Assembly: GCA_034420575.1 (NCBI GenBank)
Contig: DAOULE010000116.1
Span: forward strand, 1 to 39,061
Length of the DNA: 39,061 bases
DNA from: Dehalococcoidia bacterium
GTDB lineage: Bacteria > Chloroflexota > Dehalococcoidia > UBA2979
Reading direction: 5' to 3'
Under the pieces are notes generated by a model that worked only from the letters and a program-made list of their open reading frames with translations, was not told the DNA's origin and did not search any database. The translations under genes and the position numbers were made by a program. Every line of letters begins with the position of its first letter. Positions within the stretch are counted from its first letter, which is position 1. This document shows, in pieces, positions 35,501-39,061 of this stretch.

Positions 35501-36559
35501 TCACACCGCCTGGAACTGGCGCAGGAAGCGCAGGTCGTTCGCGTAGAAGTTGCGGATGTCGTCGATGCCGTAGCGCCGCATCGCGATGCGCTCGACGCCC
35601 ATGCCGGCGGCGAAGCCCGTGTAGCGCTCGGTGTCGATTCCAGACGCCGCGAGCACCTCGGGATGCACCATCCCCGCGCCGAGGATCTCGAGCCACCCGC
35701 TGCCGCGGCAGACGGCGCACGACGCGTCGTCGCCGGGGCAGGCGAAGCAGTCCACGGCCACCTCGACGCCCGGCTCGACGAACGGGAAGTAGGAGTGGCG
35801 CAGCATCACGCGGCGCTCAGCGCCGAAGAGCTGGCGCGCGAACTCCCAGAGCGTGCCCTTGAGGTCGGCCAGCGAGACGCCCTCGTCGACGGCGAGCAGC
35901 TCGACCTGCGTCAGCATCCACTCGTGCGTGGCGTCGGTGGCCTCGTAGCGGTAGCAGCGGCCCGGCACGGCGATGCGCACCGGCGGCCCGTGCTCGTCCA
36001 GGTAGCGGATCTGCATCGGCGAGGTGTGCGTGCGCAGCAGCATCGGCTGGCGCCCGTCGACATCCTCGTCGAGCCAGAACGTGTCCCACATATCGCGCGC
36101 GGGGTGGTCCTCGGGGATGCGCAGGCGCGTGAAGTTGTAGTCGTCGAGCTCGACCTCGGGGCCCTCGATGGTGGCGAAGCCCATGCGGGTGAAGGCGTCG
36201 AGGATGTCCTGCAGGGTCTGCGTGACGGGATGGAGCCCGCCGCTGCGGCGCCTGCGGCCCGGCAGCGTCACGTCGACGGCCCCGCTCGCCAGTGCGGCCG
36301 CGCGAGCCGCGGCCCGCAGCTCCTCCTGCCGCGCCTCCAGCGCCGCCTCGAGGTCGCGCTTGAGCTCATTCGCCGCGCGCCCGGCCGCCCGACGCTCCTC
36401 GGCCGGCAGCTCGGAGAGCCCTCGCAGCACCGCCGTCAGCGACCCTGACCGCCCCAGCGTCGCCACCCGCCACGCCTCGACGGCGTCCTCGTCCCCGGCC
36501 GCAGCGAGGGCGTCGCGGGCGTCAGCGGCGAGGGCGTCGAGGTTGGGGGTGGGGGTCAT
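35501..36559 (-). CDS. pheS: Phenylalanine--tRNA ligase alpha subunit
   Basis: [31 protein letters not shown], and a class II motif 3 region [13 protein letters not shown]. Confidence 0.9.
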   Translation of the reverse strand: MTPTPNLDALAADARDALAAAGDEDAVEAWRVATLGRSGSLTAVLRGLSELPAEERRAAGRAANELKRDLEAALEARQEELRAAARAAALASGAVDVTLPGRRRRSGGLHPVTQTLQDILDAFTRMGFATIEGPEVELDDYNFTRLRIPEDHPARDMWDTFWLDEDVDGRQPMLLRTHTSPMQIRYLDEHGPPVRIAVPGRCYRYEATDATHEWMLTQVELLAVDEGVSLADLKGTLWEFARQLFGAERRVMLRHSYFPFVEPGVEVAVDCFACPGDDASCAVCRGSGWLEILGAGMVHPEVLAASGIDTERYTGFAAGMGVERIAMRRYGIDDIRNFYANDLRFLRQFQAV

Positions 36560-36664
36560 GGGGGGAGTGTCGCGCGGGTGGCGGGTGGGGGCAACGCGGC
36601 GCGCGATCGCTAGCGCGTGCCCCGAGTAACGTTTAGCGTACGCACCGGCGGCAGGTGGTGTGCG

Positions 36665-37855
36665 GTGTTGAAGTCGCTGACGATCAGGAGTTTCCGCAGC
36701 CTAGCCAACGTCGAACTGCGCTTTGAGCCACTTACCTTGCTGGTAGGCCCCAATGGATCTGGCAAGAGTAACGTGATTGATGCCCTTCGCTTCATCAAGG
36801 ACGCGCTCTCAACCAGCCTCGCCGTGGCGGTGAGCCAGCGCGGCGGCCTCCGCTCAGTCCGCCGCGTATCGCGTGGCCATCCCCGCCACTTTGGGTTCCG
36901 TCTTGTAATGGTCATTCGTGACCACGGACCACCACTCACCTCTGAATATTCGTTCGAGATCGGAACGGAACCGGGCGAAGGTGGGTTCAGCGTCCGTCAA
37001 GAGCGCTGCGTGATCCACCGCGGCGATGAATCAGCGCTGTCGTTCGAAACCCGCGATGGACTGTTCGTTGGAGGCTCCTTTGCAGAAACTCGCCTGCGCC
37101 AGCCTGATCAGCTTGCACTCCCGCTCGTTGCTAATGTTGCGCCAGAACCTGAGTTCTTCTACGTGCTCGAAGAACTGACGAGAATGCGCTTCTACAGCCC
37201 GATACCCGACCGCATACGGGAGCCCCAAGACCCCACCGAGGGGAATGTCCTTCTTCCTGACGGAAGCAACGCCGTGTCCGTTGTTCGTGAACTTCGTCGT
37301 CATCACAATGATGATTACACCTTGCTATGCGAGCTCTTGGCAAAGGTCGTCCCGGGAGTCGCCTATGTCACATCGAGAGCTGTCGGGAATAAGGAGACTC
37401 TCCAGTTTCACCAGCTCGTAGACGATAAAGGGAACCCGTGGAGATTCGACCCGGGGAATATGTCCGACGGAACGATCAGGGTCTTGGCGATTCTGCTCGC
37501 GATGTATCAGCCGGATCAGGCTTCGCTGATTGCGGTCGAGGAGCCTGAGTCGACGGTTCACCCGGCTGCCGCGGACGTCTTGGTGGATGTCCTTCGCGCA
37601 GGGAGCCGCAGAAGTCAGGTACTGGTGACCACGCACAGCCCGGACATTCTCGACAGCAATTCCATCGCGAGTGCCGAGATTCGAGTAGTTGAGAAGGTGG
37701 AAGGGCGCACCGAGGTCGGACCACTGGGCGCGAGAAGCCGCGAGGCGATCCGAGATCTTCTCTACCTCCCCGGAGAACTGCTACGGATGGACGAGCTAGA
37801 CCGCGCTGAGTTGGACGCCCCGCAACTGGAATTGTTCCCGAGGTCGAGGATCTAG
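36665..37855 (+). CDS. ABC/OLD-type (AAA_15/AAA_21-like) ATPase
   Basis: Probable GTG start giving [13 protein letters not shown]. Walker [10 protein letters not shown], Walker [15 protein letters not shown]-loop VTTHSPD. Lower-GC codons than the neighbouring genes. Confidence 0.8.
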   Translation: MLKSLTIRSFRSLANVELRFEPLTLLVGPNGSGKSNVIDALRFIKDALSTSLAVAVSQRGGLRSVRRVSRGHPRHFGFRLVMVIRDHGPPLTSEYSFEIGTEPGEGGFSVRQERCVIHRGDESALSFETRDGLFVGGSFAETRLRQPDQLALPLVANVAPEPEFFYVLEELTRMRFYSPIPDRIREPQDPTEGNVLLPDGSNAVSVVRELRRHHNDDYTLLCELLAKVVPGVAYVTSRAVGNKETLQFHQLVDDKGNPWRFDPGNMSDGTIRVLAILLAMYQPDQASLIAVEEPESTVHPAAADVLVDVLRAGSRRSQVLVTTHSPDILDSNSIASAEIRVVEKVEGRTEVGPLGARSREAIRDLLYLPGELLRMDELDRAELDAPQLELFPRSRI

Positions 37856-37856
37856 A

Positions 37857-38441
37857 TTGTCCTGCTTGGCCTTGGTCGTCGAGGGCTACGGGGATGTGCA
37901 GGCCGCTCCGATACTTGCCAGGAGAATTCTAGCTGACATTGGAGCGCACCACGTCGTAGTGCCTTCGCCGGTGCGGCTGCACCGAGGGCGGTTCCTGAAG
38001 GGCGACCACGTTGGTCGTGCTGTTTCACTCGCCCTACAGAAGTGCGACGGCCCTAGGGGTGTCTTGATCCTGTTCGACTCTGACGGGCACTGCCCTGTCG
38101 AGCTGTCGAGCGAGTGCTCGGTCCTCATCGGAGAGAGGATCAACACACGCGTCGTGGTCGCTCATAACGAGTTCGAGGCATGGTTCGTAGCGGCTCTCGC
38201 ATCACTGCGCGGGCAACGAGGCGTCTCAGAGACCGCGCTCTTCGAAGGCAACCCTGACGAACTCGCCAACCCGAAGCGGGTGCTCGCGCAACACATGACG
38301 CCAGAGCGCGGTTACTCGGAAACCGTTGACCAGCCGGCATTTGCAGCAACTATGGACATCGAACTCGCGGCTGAACGGTCAAGGTCTTTCAGGAAGTTCC
38401 GCACGGACATCGAGTCTCTTGCGGCCTACGTCAGTTCGTGA
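37857..38441 (+). CDS. DUF4276-like (TOPRIM-like) protein
   Basis: TTG start 1 nt after the ATPase stop. LALVVEGYGD (Glu), LILFDSDG (DxD) and HNEFEAWFVAA match my recollection of DUF4276 and a TOPRIM-like acidic constellation. Confidence 0.65.
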   Translation: MSCLALVVEGYGDVQAAPILARRILADIGAHHVVVPSPVRLHRGRFLKGDHVGRAVSLALQKCDGPRGVLILFDSDGHCPVELSSECSVLIGERINTRVVVAHNEFEAWFVAALASLRGQRGVSETALFEGNPDELANPKRVLAQHMTPERGYSETVDQPAFAATMDIELAAERSRSFRKFRTDIESLAAYVSS

Positions 38442-38495
38442 ACGTGGCCCGACCATTCCTTTGTACAATCGCCTCGCACCCGAAAGGACCACCCC

Positions 38496-38747
38496 ATGAG
38501 CGTTCGCGGCTACATCCTCGTCGAGACCGAGGTCGGGAGGACACAGGCGGTCGGGCGCGCCATGCGCGACCTCGAGTCCACGCTCGCCACGGTCTCCGCC
38601 GTCGACACCGTCACCGGCCCCTACGACGTCATCGTCCAGCTCGACGCCGAGGACCTCGACCAGCTCGGCAAGTGCATCACCGAGGAGCTCCAGGCCGTCG
38701 CCGGCGTCCAGCGCACCACCACCTGCCTCGCCGTCTCCCTCGGCTGA
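38496..38747 (+). CDS. Stand-alone Lrp/AsnC ligand-binding-domain protein
   Basis: 83 aa. GYILVETEVGR...VDTVTGPYDVIVQLDAEDLDQL pattern. Confidence 0.7.
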   Translation: MSVRGYILVETEVGRTQAVGRAMRDLESTLATVSAVDTVTGPYDVIVQLDAEDLDQLGKCITEELQAVAGVQRTTTCLAVSLG

Positions 38748-38825
38748 CATCCCTCCTGCGGGACGCGAGGTAGCACCAGGCGGCCCGGTGTCCTCGCGCC
38801 GCCCTGGATCGCGTACGATCGACGC

Positions 38826-39061
38826 ATGACGACTACTGAGGCCCGCTCCGCCACGCCCGCCGCCATGATCTCCGTCGAGGAGGCGCGGGCGCGCATCCTC
38901 GAACACTTCGCCGCCCTCGAGCCCGTCGAGACGCCGCTGCTCGAGGCCGCCGGCCAGGTGCTCGCCGCCGACGTGCGGGGCGGCTTCGACATCCCGCCGC
39001 TGCCCAACACCTCGATGGACGGCTACGCGGTCCGCGCCGCCGATACGGCGGGCGCCACGCC
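38826..39061 (+). CDS. moeA: Molybdopterin molybdenumtransferase MoeA (5' partial, runs off the window)
   Basis: ISVEEARARIL...PPLPNTSMDGYAVRAAD, the MoeA N-terminal signature. The ORF is open at the window end. Confidence 0.75.
   Translation, partial: MTTTEARSATPAAMISVEEARARILEHFAALEPVETPLLEAAGQVLAADVRGGFDIPPLPNTSMDGYAVRAADTAGAT

Overview
High-GC bacterial chromosomal window, with codon usage typical of a GC-rich Gram-positive or Thermoleophilia-like lineage. No rRNA, tRNA, CRISPR array, integrase or transposase was found by eye.

Core genes:
- A secreted Calx-beta protein.
- A cytoplasmic GAF-PAS histidine kinase fused to a complete OmpR-type response regulator.
- A sterol-reductase-family membrane protein.
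- An OmpR/HAMP-kinase two-component pair.
- thrS, a biotin carboxylase with a biotinyl-carrier protein, infC-rpmI-rplT, and a CaCA exchanger.
- A DUF169-like gene, pheS-VOC-pheT, a small Lrp/AsnC-type protein and the 5' end of moeA.

Two visibly less GC-rich accessory segments interrupt this backbone.

(1) An island of about 17 kb (about 3961-21091) stacks several defence-type modules:
- A translationally coupled pair of unknown proteins.
- A decayed stretch flanked by two inverted paralogous mini-genes.
- A DISARM-like operon (DrmA helicase, DrmB/DUF1998, DrmC/PLD, convergent C5 methyltransferase). Its first gene is an SF1 UvrD-like helicase instead of DrmE or DrmD.
- A controller-protein-type R-M-like module. 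It has an amino-methyltransferase, a perfect GACT-N3-AGTC palindrome in the divergent promoter, an 80-aa XRE/C-protein, and a 496-aa protein with a PD-(D/E)xK-like N-terminus and a HEAT-repeat C-terminus.

(2) A 1.8-kb islet beside pheS (36665-38441) encodes an ABC/OLD-type ATPase plus a DUF4276 (TOPRIM-like) protein. This resembles a split-OLD or PARIS-like pair.

Many long ORFs in the track are antisense or shadow ORFs typical of high-GC DNA and are not called.
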